From positions 352,001-416,000 of the forward strand of contig CAWEJX010000007.1 in assembly GCA_963809485.1 (NCBI GenBank): DNA of 64,000 bases. Reading direction: 5' to 3'. The stretch comes from an uncultured Acidobacteriota bacterium. GTDB lineage: Bacteria > Acidobacteriota > UBA6911. The first letter of the stretch is position 1. Every line of letters starts with the position of its first letter. Below the pieces are notes generated by a model. That model was not told where the DNA came from, did not search any database, and saw only the letters and a list, made by a program, of their open reading frames with translations. Shown piece by piece: positions 21,521-31,473 of this stretch. The translations under genes were made by a program, and so were the position numbers.

Positions 21521-21582
21521 GGATTCGAAACTCGAAATTCGAGATTCGAGAATTCAGTTCCGCAATTTCGAATCCCGAATTT
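21521..21582. repeat. 7-nt periodic palindromic repeat filling the jag-mnmE spacer
   Basis: attcgaa-actcgaa-attcgag-attcgag then inverted aatttcg-aatcccg-aattt. Confidence 0.8.
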
Positions 21583-22065
21583 TTATGACGGGTAGATCGT
21601 GATGCTGCGGTTGTCGCCTTCGCCGCTGCTCTGGGACCGCACCCCCTCGATGCCGGCCAGGGCCAGATGCACGATTCTTCGCTCCCGGGGCACCATGGGC
21701 TGAAGGTTCAGCGGCTTGCGCAGGGAGATAACTTTTTGCGATGCCATTTGAGCAAGAAGGACAAGCTCTGCCTCGCGATGCTTCCTGTACTTGTCGGAAT
21801 CCAGCAGGATGCCGGGCGCATCGTCCTTGCCGGGGTGGAAGACCTTGTTCAGAAGATACTCCATGCTGTTCAGCAGGGAAGCGGAATTGGACAGCAGATA
21901 AGGACGGTCCGGACCGCTAAGGTTGATGAGGAGGACGGCATCCTCTTCCTTGCCTTCGAGAACCAGGTCCAGGTGAAGGCCCCGGACCAGCTCCCGGCAA
22001 AAATCAACGGCTGCCTCGAGCGACCTCTTCTTTGAGCTTTGCTGAATCTCCTGACTTCCCGTCAC
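21583..22065 (-). CDS. jag: Jag/KhpB-like KH-R3H RNA-binding protein (short form)
   Basis: PMVPRERRIVHLAL R3H motif, SSGEGDNR; GTG 22065 with GAGG RBS; between yidC and mnmE. Confidence 0.85.
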   Translation of the reverse strand: MTGSQEIQQSSKKRSLEAAVDFCRELVRGLHLDLVLEGKEEDAVLLINLSGPDRPYLLSNSASLLNSMEYLLNKVFHPGKDDAPGILLDSDKYRKHREAELVLLAQMASQKVISLRKPLNLQPMVPRERRIVHLALAGIEGVRSQSSGEGDNRSITIYPS

Positions 22066-23716
22066 CCATCCACCTCTCGAAGATCTTCTGAAATCCAACC
22101 GAGAAGATATTACTGCAGAGAAAATACAGGTTCAAGCCGCTCGAAACATTGAAGAACATGACCGTGAACAGCGCCGGCATCACCGTCATGACCTTCGCCT
22201 GCGTCGGGTCCGTCCCCGGCGTCATGGGCGTCATCTTTTGCGAAATAAACATTGTGATGCCCATGATGACCGGGAGGACATAGTAGGGATCCTTGAGCGA
22301 CAAATCCTGAAGCCAGCCCATGAAAGGCGCCTGTCTCAGCTCTATGGAATTGGCCAGAAGCGAATAGAAGGCGAACAACAGCGGAAACTGCAGGACCAGA
22401 GGCAGACATCCCCCGAGCGGATTCACTTTGTGCTCCTTGTAGAGAGCCATGATCTCCTGGTTCATTTCCGCGCGCTTCGGATCCGTCTTCTTATAGCGGC
22501 GGTATTTCTCCTGGATAGCCTTGACCTTGGGCTGCACCGCCTGCATTTTCTTCATCGAAAGGATCTGCTTCACCCGGAAAGGAAACAGCAGCAGGGACAG
22601 GAGAAAGGTCAGGAGCATAATCGCGTAGCCATAATTGGGGATGTACTGGTACAGCCACCGGAGCGACGCCAGAAGGGGATAGACGAGGATGGCAAACATC
22701 CCGTAATCGATTACGCCCGTGATGTCGGCCGACTTTACCGCCTCCAGGTCCGACGGTTTTTTGGGGCCAAGGTAAAGCTGATAACGCATGGAGCCGTTTA
22801 CGGGAGTCGTGAGTCTGAGCAGGTCTCTGTCCACCTGTTTGCCGTCCAGCGCAATAGCTTTTACCGGCCGTCTCTGGATGTCAAAGTAAGGCAACGGCTG
22901 CGCGGGTATGGCTATCATGGAGAAATATTGCATGTCCAAACCGACCCAGCGTACGTCGCTCTCGATCTTTTTGACCTCCTTCTCATCCTTCGGAGGGCTT
23001 TCACGGCGGGCCTTGCCGGATCCGTAGTAGACCGCCTCAAGCTTCCTGCTGCTGCTCAGGTGCTCCTGCTCCGGTCCAATATCCTGCCCGAGAAGCCAGC
23101 GGCCCTCGAGCGCTTTGCCGCTCTTGTCGAAAGCTGCCGAAAGATTGACAAGGTACGTGTCCTTCTCAAAGCGATAGAGTTTTTCAATCCGGAGGTCGCC
23201 GCGTTTAAGGCTCATTGCAACCGTGACGGGAGGCGTAAGAGCGGCGCCGGTGTCCGCAGCGCCTTCAATGGAAACCTGATAAAGCTCATTGTTGGAGAGA
23301 GACGTTAGCGCCGCTTCCTCGAAGATCATGGAGCCGGGGTAAGATCTCGCCCCGTTATCATGGTTGGAAGCGATCATTTCGAAAATTCCATTTCTGGCAG
23401 ACTTGTATTTTTTCAGCTGCCAGCTGATCAGGACCGCGCCCCGGTTGTCTATGACGGCCCGGTACAAATCCCCTTCCACCGTAATCGTCCGGGCGGAAGC
23501 CTGGGTATCGTCACCGGACGGCGCCTGCAGTTGAGGCGCAACCTCAACCGGCGCTTGATTTTGTGTCGATGATCCCTGGTTCGGGCTGGAATTCTGGGAA
23601 TTCTGGACAGCAGGCAGTTTGGCCGGGGACGGCCCTCGACGCTGCTGCTCGAAGAATCGAAAGCCAATCAACACCAGCACTGCTAACGAAATAGCTAGAA
23701 TCGCACGTTTTTCCAT
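22004..23716 (-). CDS. yidC: Membrane protein insertase YidC
   Basis: N-terminal TM, periplasmic domain, NYGYAI, MALYKEHKVNPLGGCLP, DLSLKDPYYVLP, SGLNLY. Confidence 0.97.
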   Translation of the reverse strand: MEKRAILAISLAVLVLIGFRFFEQQRRGPSPAKLPAVQNSQNSSPNQGSSTQNQAPVEVAPQLQAPSGDDTQASARTITVEGDLYRAVIDNRGAVLISWQLKKYKSARNGIFEMIASNHDNGARSYPGSMIFEEAALTSLSNNELYQVSIEGAADTGAALTPPVTVAMSLKRGDLRIEKLYRFEKDTYLVNLSAAFDKSGKALEGRWLLGQDIGPEQEHLSSSRKLEAVYYGSGKARRESPPKDEKEVKKIESDVRWVGLDMQYFSMIAIPAQPLPYFDIQRRPVKAIALDGKQVDRDLLRLTTPVNGSMRYQLYLGPKKPSDLEAVKSADITGVIDYGMFAILVYPLLASLRWLYQYIPNYGYAIMLLTFLLSLLLFPFRVKQILSMKKMQAVQPKVKAIQEKYRRYKKTDPKRAEMNQEIMALYKEHKVNPLGGCLPLVLQFPLLFAFYSLLANSIELRQAPFMGWLQDLSLKDPYYVLPVIMGITMFISQKMTPMTPGTDPTQAKVMTVMPALFTVMFFNVSSGLNLYFLCSNIFSVGFQKIFERWMGDGKSGDSAKLKEEVARGSR

Positions 23717-23857
23717 GAGTATTGCGGAGGCCGTGGCACCGACACGCCTCGACCGGTTAGAGAAAGCTAAATTAAAGAAATTAAAGGACAGGCATCCCTT
23801 AGGTCCAAGCGAGGCAAGGGAGCGACAGTTCCGTCAGGAAGATGCATTCATCTCCTT

Positions 23858-24127
23858 TTACGGAACGGGATCAATACCTCCTGCAGAAAAAGGGTGGCAT
23901 CTCAAAATCCGCTTCACCCCCAGGAAAATTCCCGCCAGAATCCCCTTTTTTTGGATTGCCTGGTACATGTAAACCGAACAGGTTGGCTCGAAACGGCACG
24001 CCCTGGGCAGCCAGGGCGAAACGAAGCGTTTGTAGCCCATTATGGCCAACAGCGCTATCTCCTTGATGGGACCAAAGATCCTTTGTGCCCGACAGAGTTC
24101 CATCCCGGTTTTACCCGACCGTAACAT
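23858..24127 (-). CDS. yidD: Membrane protein insertion efficiency factor YidD
   Basis: CRFEPTCS.Y, RILRCHPF..GGIDPVP. Confidence 0.95.
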   Translation of the reverse strand: MLRSGKTGMELCRAQRIFGPIKEIALLAIMGYKRFVSPWLPRACRFEPTCSVYMYQAIQKKGILAGIFLGVKRILRCHPFSAGGIDPVP

Positions 24128-24129
24128 CC

Positions 24130-24483
24130 TTATCGGCAGATCCTTTGCGCGGCAGCCAGGAACTCGAGCCGCAAATCATCGTATCGGGCCCCAACGCAAT
24201 CTGCCTTGACATTGACCACAATGTCGAGCTGCTTTGGTATTTCGCCGTATGATCTTCGAAATATCTCCCGGAACAGGCGTTTGATGCGGTTTCTTACAAC
24301 CGCTCCGCCCACTTTTCTGGATACGGTAATTCCCAGGCGATGACGTCCAAGTTCGTTCTCGCGGCCGAAAAGGACAAATCGCTCCGAATGTATCTTTCTT
24401 CCGGTTTTGTAAAGCTTCCGGTAGTCCGAAGCGCGCACAATTCGGACGGCATGCGGAAATCCCTCAGAGGTCTCCTTAGCCAC
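24130..24483 (-). CDS. rnpA: Ribonuclease P protein component
   Basis: [24 protein letters not shown] motif. Confidence 0.97.
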   Translation of the reverse strand: MAKETSEGFPHAVRIVRASDYRKLYKTGRKIHSERFVLFGRENELGRHRLGITVSRKVGGAVVRNRIKRLFREIFRRSYGEIPKQLDIVVNVKADCVGARYDDLRLEFLAAAQRICR

Positions 24484-24616
24484 TCACCGTCAGCCTTTTA
24501 CGCCCTTTGGCGCGTCTGCGCTTAAGCACCAGCCGGCCGCTTTTGCTCGACATCCGCTCCCGGAAGCCGTGCGTCTTTTTTCGCTTGCTGTTGTTGGGTT
24601 GGAACGTCCTTTTCAT
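24476..24616 (-). CDS. rpmH: 50S ribosomal protein L34 (not in ORF track)
   Basis: Translated by hand: [46 protein letters not shown]. Confidence 0.97.
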   Translation of the reverse strand: MKRTFQPNNSKRKKTHGFRERMSSKSGRLVLKRRRAKGRKRLTVSG

Positions 24617-24745
24617 ATTGCCACTATCTCCAGAAAGCCGCTTTCAGCCTGAATATCAAAAACACAAATCATAGAAAGAGCCGCCGCAAAATGCAAGCTT
24701 AACCCGCACTTTCATATAATTCATATATTTGGATGCCACGCCCGG

Positions 24746-25444
24746 TCATCGGTCCGGTTCTCCGCCCCAGAAGGCATCGCCCCGGTCGCGCAAATTATCC
24801 AGAGAATTCTGGATCTGCCTCTCCGCGAGCCGCATATCCTCTTCAGTCGCGTCTTCCGGAACATAAACAGGAGACCCGATCGAAACCAGGACTTTCGAAA
24901 AAGGTTTGGGCACCATGAAATGGTCCCAGCTGCGCATCACCCATTTCCTCTCGACCGAAATGCCAAAGGGCACCACGGGATTTCCGCTTTTCGACGCAAC
25001 AAAGGCGGCTCCGGGCTTGGCGACATACCGGGGACCGCGGGGCCCGTCCATGGCAAAGCCCACATCCCTTTTCGCTTTCAGGGCCCGGAGGATCTCAACC
25101 GTAGCCTGGCGGCTCCCCCGGGTACTGGATCCGCGCGCTACGCCGTAGCCGAAACGTTCAATAACCCGGGCAATATATTCGCCATCCCGGTTTTGGCTGA
25201 TCATTACGACGATGCCCCGCCGGCGAAAATAGTAAGTCGCCATAAATATGCGTCCGTGCCAGAACGCCAGGATCAGCCTTTTGCCTGCCGCGTGAACCGC
25301 TTCCAGGTACTGCCAGTCCCTGGCTTCCCAGCGCAGCGTTCTGCCGATCAAACGGATAACCCAATATCCCAGCCTGGAAATCAAACCGATCTTAATCCGT
25401 TCGATGAGTTTCAGTTCCCCGTCCTCGCCTTCAATTATTTGCAT
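24746..25444 (-). CDS. DUF374 / lysophospholipid acyltransferase family protein
   Basis: AFWHGR, MISQNRDGE, RGSSTRG, DGPRGP, SWDHF.VPKPF. Confidence 0.9.
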   Translation of the reverse strand: MQIIEGEDGELKLIERIKIGLISRLGYWVIRLIGRTLRWEARDWQYLEAVHAAGKRLILAFWHGRIFMATYYFRRRGIVVMISQNRDGEYIARVIERFGYGVARGSSTRGSRQATVEILRALKAKRDVGFAMDGPRGPRYVAKPGAAFVASKSGNPVVPFGISVERKWVMRSWDHFMVPKPFSKVLVSIGSPVYVPEDATEEDMRLAERQIQNSLDNLRDRGDAFWGGEPDR

Positions 25445-25813
25445 GGCCGGCATTTCTAAAAGCTTGCATGCTGCAGCAGTTAAGATGAGCGCACAGGTTC
25501 CCGGTTGCGGGCACCGCAATGCAGGTTGACATCTGCAACCTGGGGCCGGAACAGGATCGGTAGCGTCTCATTGGCTCTTGCACACCGATCGTTGCCTTAT
25601 TGACCGGCTTTTGTCAGCGTTTTGTCAGTGTATGTCGCCGTACAATGATCCTGGAACTGTCAAACTCCGTGAGTCCCCCGGCAGGGCTGAGGGATTACCG
25701 GTTTATTCAGCATAAGGATGTCCGGACGGTTCCCCGCAGAGGCAGTTCCACAAAGCCATTCTCTCGATGTGTTCCCGGGCCCGCAGGCCGGAAGCGCTCT
25801 GCTTACTCGCGGT

Positions 25814-27916
25814 TTACGCCAATTTCGCCTTGACCCTCTGAGGAACCAAGGGAAGCCGGTTCATACGGATGCCCGTGGCGTCGAAAAGCGCATTGGCAAT
25901 CATGGCTCCCATGCCGACGATGGGGGGCTCCCCGCATCCCGACGGGGCAATTTCCGTATTATCAACCAGAACGGACTCTATAACAGGCACCCAGGAAAGA
26001 CGCGGTATCTGGTAGGAGCCGAAATCCAGGCTCTCGATGGCGCCGCCCTTGAAGTTTATCTCCTCGCTCAGGCAGTAGCCCAATCCCATCGTAATCGCTC
26101 CCTCGATCTGCATGCGCGCTCCCGCGGGATTGATAACCGGACCCATATCCTGCGCATGAACGATGCGTTCGACACGGATCCGGCCGCTGGACCTGTCGAC
26201 GTTGATTTGCGCCATCGCCGCAACATAGGTGCCCAGGTAGTCCAGGCATACCATTCCCTGGCCCCGCCCGCCGGACGCTTTGCCGGGCTTCCAGCCGAAC
26301 TTTCCGGCAGCCGCGTCAACCACGCGGATCATCCGCTTATCCGCAAGGTTGCGCAGCCGGAACTCCAGAGGATCCATCCCGGCTTTTGCCGCCATAGCAT
26401 CGATGTGGGATTCGCGGGCAAAGATATTGGTGTTGCTTCCCGGGCCGCGCCAGGCTCCGGTTCCGAAGGGATGAGGGCCCCCGCCGCCGAAGGAACTCCC
26501 GCGGGAAACCGTTTTCACATTGGGGACATCGTATATGTTTTGCGAGCTCCGTTCGCCCGCAAAAAAAACGTGATAATCCCAAAAGGTGATCCGGTTGGAG
26601 GCATTCAGCCCGGAGGCGATTTTCACCACGGCAGCAGGCTGGAAGGTGTCGTAGAAAAATTCCTCTTCACGCGTCCAGACGATTTGCACCGGGCGGCCCG
26701 TCATTTTTGAGAGCCGGGCAGCCTGCACAGCCTGTCCGACCTGGCTCTTTCCGCCGAAACCGCCGCCGACAAAAGGCGTGATGACCCTCACCTTGTCGGC
26801 CCCTAATCCTATAGCCCTGGCTATTTCCTCGTTGGCGCCGAAGGGCCTTTGGGTTCCCACCCAGACTGTTGCGCTGTCCTTTTGTACGTCCGCCACAGCG
26901 CTATGGGTCTCTGTTGCAGCGTGGGCGACATAGGGCGTGAAATAGGATTCATCAAAACGGAGCGCGGATATCCGGAAGCCTTCTTCCAGGTCGCCTTTCT
27001 GTTCGATGACGTTGTCCCTGGCGTCGGCGCCCAACAGCTGCCTGTAAATGCTTTCATTGTCAACCCTGGCCTCCGGCATTTCATAGACCGGCTTTAATAG
27101 CGCCAGCGCTCTTTCCGCCATATCGGGAAGAGGATGAACGACGCCGACAAAATCCCCTTCCTGAAAAACGCGCGCCTCCTTTACCTCCTTTGCGGCGTCG
27201 GCATGCACCTCCTTAAGCCTGGCGCCATGTGCCGGAGGCCTGAGAACTTTTCCGTAGAGCATACGAGGCAGGCGTATGTCTCCCGCAAACTGAGCTTTAC
27301 CCGTTACTTTATCCTCGAAGTCGGCACGCGGCAGAGATTTTCCGCATACGTTAAAAGCCGAAGGAGGCTTTAGGGATGGTTTTTGAGCGAGGTGCCGCTC
27401 AATCGTTTTCCCCTTGGCCAGCAACCCGTAGCCGACCTTCGTCCCGGGCGAAGTACGGTCGAAAACAACACCGTCCTTTGCAGCCAGCCGCTCCCGGGAG
27501 ATTTGCAGGCGCTCGGCGGCCAGCGCTATCAAAACCTCGCGCGCCTCGGCGCCTGCCGCCCTTAAGGCAGGGCCGAAGTATTTTATGCTGCGGGAGCCGT
27601 TGGTGCCGGCGTCCCAGGGGCACAGTTTCGTGTCGCCCATAACCATGCTCACCGATTCGTAGGGAACTTCAAGTTCCTCGGCAAGCATTTGAGCCAGCGA
27701 CGCAATGATTCCCTGTCCCATTTCAATCTTTCCGGAAAAGCATGTGACGCGCCCATCCTCGCCGATGCGCAGGTAGGCGTTAAAATCCTCAGGATACCCG
27801 CGCGCGCCCGGCTGTTGAGCAAAAATGAAGTCATTGGCTGAAAACAAAACATAAATTCCGGGGCCGAGAATCTTGATGAACTCCCTGCGATCCAGGGATC
27901 CGCCTGTTCCCGTCAT
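25814..27916 (-). CDS. Xanthine-dehydrogenase-family molybdopterin subunit (IorB-like) with twin-arginine motif
   Basis: DRREFIK; KIEMGQG; GGGFGGK; AWRGPG; QIEGAITMGLG; GEPP catalytic Glu. Confidence 0.92.
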   Translation of the reverse strand: MTGTGGSLDRREFIKILGPGIYVLFSANDFIFAQQPGARGYPEDFNAYLRIGEDGRVTCFSGKIEMGQGIIASLAQMLAEELEVPYESVSMVMGDTKLCPWDAGTNGSRSIKYFGPALRAAGAEAREVLIALAAERLQISRERLAAKDGVVFDRTSPGTKVGYGLLAKGKTIERHLAQKPSLKPPSAFNVCGKSLPRADFEDKVTGKAQFAGDIRLPRMLYGKVLRPPAHGARLKEVHADAAKEVKEARVFQEGDFVGVVHPLPDMAERALALLKPVYEMPEARVDNESIYRQLLGADARDNVIEQKGDLEEGFRISALRFDESYFTPYVAHAATETHSAVADVQKDSATVWVGTQRPFGANEEIARAIGLGADKVRVITPFVGGGFGGKSQVGQAVQAARLSKMTGRPVQIVWTREEEFFYDTFQPAAVVKIASGLNASNRITFWDYHVFFAGERSSQNIYDVPNVKTVSRGSSFGGGGPHPFGTGAWRGPGSNTNIFARESHIDAMAAKAGMDPLEFRLRNLADKRMIRVVDAAAGKFGWKPGKASGGRGQGMVCLDYLGTYVAAMAQINVDRSSGRIRVERIVHAQDMGPVINPAGARMQIEGAITMGLGYCLSEEINFKGGAIESLDFGSYQIPRLSWVPVIESVLVDNTEIAPSGCGEPPIVGMGAMIANALFDATGIRMNRLPLVPQRVKAKLA

Positions 27917-28395
27917 GATGCCCTCCCTCCTCTCATCTCGGCTCCGGCCGCCTGGACCGTCTCGACGATGCGGCTGTAGGAACTGCAGCGGCACAGATTC
28001 TGATCCAGGGCGCGGATGACATCCTCCCTGCCGGGATTTGCGTTCTTTTGCAGGAGACTGTAGCTCTTGAGGATCATTCCCGGAGTGCAGAAGCCGCACT
28101 GGACTGCCCCATGCTGCATGAAAGCTTTTTGCAGCGGATGCAGCTTCCCGTTTTCAGCCAGGCCCTCAATAGTAAGAACTTCCCTTCCCGTTACATTCTT
28201 GAGAGGGTACCGGCAGGACCGAACAGCTTCCCCGTTGATGATCACGGTGCATGCGCCGCAATGGCCTTGACCGCAACCGAACTTGGCGCCGGTGAGTCCC
28301 ATATCGGTGCGCAACACCCAGAGGAGTGCTCTTTCACCATCCGTTGTAATGCTAACAGGACGGCGGTTGAGCCTGAAACGAATGGTTTGTTCCAC
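27913..28395 (-). CDS. (2Fe-2S) small subunit (IorA/CoxS-like)
   Basis: GCGQGHCGACTV, QCGFCTPG, NLCRC. Confidence 0.95.
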   Translation of the reverse strand: MEQTIRFRLNRRPVSITTDGERALLWVLRTDMGLTGAKFGCGQGHCGACTVIINGEAVRSCRYPLKNVTGREVLTIEGLAENGKLHPLQKAFMQHGAVQCGFCTPGMILKSYSLLQKNANPGREDVIRALDQNLCRCSSYSRIVETVQAAGAEMRGGRAS

Positions 28396-28576
28396 AGGCT
28401 TCCCTCCTTCCGTCGCGATGACGATTTTATGCAGAAATATAGGATCAGATTACGCCAAAACTCCCGGAAATGGGCATGAATTTACGGATTCGGCCATCGG
28501 CAAGGGAAACGGGCGCGTTCCGCATAAAACTCCGGGACGCGGACGTACGCCGACAAATGCGCTGAGGCACGCAACA

Positions 28577-30307
28577 TTACATTTCGGGCTGACTGGCAAT
28601 GGACGCGCCTGCCATTAGATAGTCCTCGTTTAAACACGGGTCGGATCTGTCGGGATAGGTGACGCGGTTCGTGGGCGGCTGGCGCATAATGATGCCTTCC
28701 CTTTTGGTCCTGCGGGATTCCCTTACGGCAAGAATCCGTACAGCCACGGATTTCGCCCGTTCCAGGATGGGCATCGGGCCAAAGGCCTGATCATACAGCG
28801 CCATTGCCCTGCGGCATTTTTCAGCAGCAGCGGCGTTGGGTGCATATTTCAGCGCGCTGCTCAGGGCAGGGCGGAAGCGCAGGGTATTCCGCTTCATGGA
28901 ATCCAGCCGCATTTGCATGAACCTGTCAGGGAGGACGCGCCCGGCAGGGACATACTTAAGAACTGCCGGATCCCAGGCCATGCCGAGTTTTTCTCTTTCG
29001 GCGACCTCGGCCTTTAACCGCAGATATCCTTTCACGGCCGTGATCGCCATGTTCAGGACGCCGGGTCCATGCGCATGATATTTTTTTATAAAAGCATCGC
29101 GCAGGTAGCTGGCGGTTTCGGGAAGAGTGAAGTGGGGATGCCGGAACCAGATTTCGTCCTGCCCGTGCTTCTTCGGCCAGGGTATGTCCTGCACTATTTT
29201 CCCTTCAGCTTCATACTCCCGGTAGAGCCTTGTCCCGGGAGTCGGACCCAGTTCCATGAATTGAAGCAAATCCGACTCGAGCCCGATAGCCCAGTCAATG
29301 TCTTCATGGATAGTCTCTTTGTCATGGTGCTCCAGAAAAAGGATGGACGAGGCCAGCACCGAGATGCCGTGATTTTGCAGATCCGCTATCAGCTTGTGAA
29401 GGTCGATCCCCTGGGTTTTTTCAAACAGATTGGCTTTGGACTCAACCCCTACCCAGAGAAAATTGATCCCCAGCCGCAGGATAAATTCCGTGCCCAATTG
29501 GACGAGGGTTTCCGCCGAAGAAAATGTGCTGAAAGAGTAAGCCTTTTCGTGCTTCTCCATCTGCGCGAGCAGATCACGCGCTCTTTGAGGGTCTTTGCAG
29601 AAGTTTTCGTCCATGAGACCAAAATCCTGGACGCCCAGCTCTTCCTCCGTTTTCCGGCAGGCCGCAAAGATGTCCCGTCCGGTGCGAAGGAAGGGCGTGT
29701 ATTGCCGGTCAAATTTGTGGGAGGTGGCGCAGAAACGGCAGGAATTCTGGCAGCCCACTCCCGGGATAATGATGCCGGCTTTTCCCATAATGGGAGCGCC
29801 GTAGATGTACGCATTGATCGACGAGCGGACTGCCGGATGAATGATGGGACGCTCTGTCTTCTCGCCAAAATATCGCCGCAGCCAGGAGACTCCTTCGCCC
29901 GGACAGACTTCATCAAAATCCACAAGTTCGCGGAGTTCGGGTACGGCGACTCCGTGCCCTCCGAGGATGATTTTCGTGCGGGGCGAATGGCTTCGGATGT
30001 ATTGGGCCATGCGTCCGGCCTTAAGCACGTTGGGTGTTATGAAGGAGATTCCCACGTGAGTGTAGGTCCCGGTGTCAATTTCTCTGGTGAACTCGTTCCA
30101 GGATGGGAAATCCAGAACGGTTGTCGGCACCTGGATGTTCTCCGCCATCAAATAGAGAGCAAAACTTGGATTGTTGGAGCGCGGCGAGTGTATCCCCTGC
30201 TCGCGTGTGACCTGGTTGTTCAAAAGCTCCATCGTGCACAGCGGTTCCGCAGTCTCGTCTTTGATCCCGAACGGCTTGAAAACACCACACAGCAGCAATC
30301 TGGTCAT
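28577..30307 (-). CDS. Radical SAM protein with N-terminal B12-binding-like domain
   Basis: GCQNSCRFC cluster motif, DENF, GVES; N-terminal VGISF..KIILGGHG..GEG pattern. Confidence 0.85.
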   Translation of the reverse strand: MTRLLLCGVFKPFGIKDETAEPLCTMELLNNQVTREQGIHSPRSNNPSFALYLMAENIQVPTTVLDFPSWNEFTREIDTGTYTHVGISFITPNVLKAGRMAQYIRSHSPRTKIILGGHGVAVPELRELVDFDEVCPGEGVSWLRRYFGEKTERPIIHPAVRSSINAYIYGAPIMGKAGIIIPGVGCQNSCRFCATSHKFDRQYTPFLRTGRDIFAACRKTEEELGVQDFGLMDENFCKDPQRARDLLAQMEKHEKAYSFSTFSSAETLVQLGTEFILRLGINFLWVGVESKANLFEKTQGIDLHKLIADLQNHGISVLASSILFLEHHDKETIHEDIDWAIGLESDLLQFMELGPTPGTRLYREYEAEGKIVQDIPWPKKHGQDEIWFRHPHFTLPETASYLRDAFIKKYHAHGPGVLNMAITAVKGYLRLKAEVAEREKLGMAWDPAVLKYVPAGRVLPDRFMQMRLDSMKRNTLRFRPALSSALKYAPNAAAAEKCRRAMALYDQAFGPMPILERAKSVAVRILAVRESRRTKREGIIMRQPPTNRVTYPDRSDPCLNEDYLMAGASIASQPEM

Positions 30308-30645
30308 CAGGAGATCCTCGTCAATATGCGCGACTTGTCCGACAGGCGTGGAACACAACGAGGCTAAAAGGAGGTTTCCAGGACTGCGAGGTCAGTCACA
30401 AAGACCCGCCAAACGGTACCCGAATCCGTCCGGGATGTAAAGCATATCCCGCGAGGCCGGCCTATATTCTTCACATATACACATCGGGTGGAGCTGCACG
30501 CCGGTGCATAAAAAAACCGAATATTTTGATGTAAAATTATAATTTTGAGACCCGTAATCTGCGACTCGCTGCCGCCCTGGCCATGCGCCGGTGTTCAGCC
30601 TTCACTCTTTGGCAATTTTTCCGGATTGTCCGGAGCCGTGTGCCG

Positions 30646-31473
30646 CTATATTCGCTTTGAAGATTGCTCAATCGCCTTGCACAGTTTCTCGATGCCCTTG
30701 GCGAGCGATTCGATAGAGGGTTCGCTATAGCTGTCGACAGACACGGTCGATGTCGAGGACTGGCTGTACATGTTCCTCAGCTGGCGGTCCAGATCCACGG
30801 CCATTTCGCGCAGTTTGTTCAGGGCCTCCGGACCGAGCGAGCTGAGATCCTCTTCCTTCTTGAAAAGGTTCTCATTTTTCCGGAGGTCGTAGTTGGCGAG
30901 GGTCTGGTTGCGCCGGATCTGTTTTGCGAGCTCCCGGATATGTTTGGACTTTTCCTGCAGCGCCAGCCTGTCGGCCGGTGATGCGGACGGATTCTGCGCG
31001 AGCATCCCCTCCAGCTCATCGATCGAGTCCAGCATATTCGAACTTAACCTTATAGGCTCACGCAAGGTCACCTTCAGCATATCCGGGGTGACCAGAGGCT
31101 CGAAGTTGCGATAAAAGCGATGGAAATAAAGAGGATTTATATTGTAATGGGTCCACAAATATGAGTAGTAATTGTTCCAGTTATAGTAAGTGGTGTAATT
31201 CTGGAATGAGGTCCCGCTGAGATTCGGCTGGTAGGCTCCTCCTCCTGCCACGCCTCCGCCACCGGCCGCATAGCCTCCGGGAGAAACTGCGGCACCTCCT
31301 GTCCCGGCAGAGACGGTCGCGGCGGGGCTGGCAGCCCTCGGAGCAGAGTCAACTCTGGGCCCCGTGGGCTCGCGAGCAGGTCCCCTTGGTCCCTCGCCAC
31401 CAATGGCCGGCAAGGGCAGCAGCAGCAAAACCACCAATAACGAAATGCCTGCACAAGCGGCAAAGTCTTTCAT
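30646..31473 (-). CDS. Exported hypothetical protein (Gly/Ala-rich linker, Tyr/Asn-rich patch, helical C-terminus)
   Basis: Signal peptide; RBS gagggg; 275-aa ORF. Confidence 0.75.
   Translation of the reverse strand: MKDFAACAGISLLVVLLLLPLPAIGGEGPRGPAREPTGPRVDSAPRAASPAATVSAGTGGAAVSPGGYAAGGGGVAGGGAYQPNLSGTSFQNYTTYYNWNNYYSYLWTHYNINPLYFHRFYRNFEPLVTPDMLKVTLREPIRLSSNMLDSIDELEGMLAQNPSASPADRLALQEKSKHIRELAKQIRRNQTLANYDLRKNENLFKKEEDLSSLGPEALNKLREMAVDLDRQLRNMYSQSSTSTVSVDSYSEPSIESLAKGIEKLCKAIEQSSKRI

Noticed and set aside
22004-22098. YidC-Jag fusion broken by a frameshift
   Set aside because: jag has its own GTG start at 22065 with an RBS, so a simple overlap explains it
30308-30545. Cobalamin riboswitch upstream of the radical SAM gene
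   Set aside because: No B12-box or other recognisable conserved core
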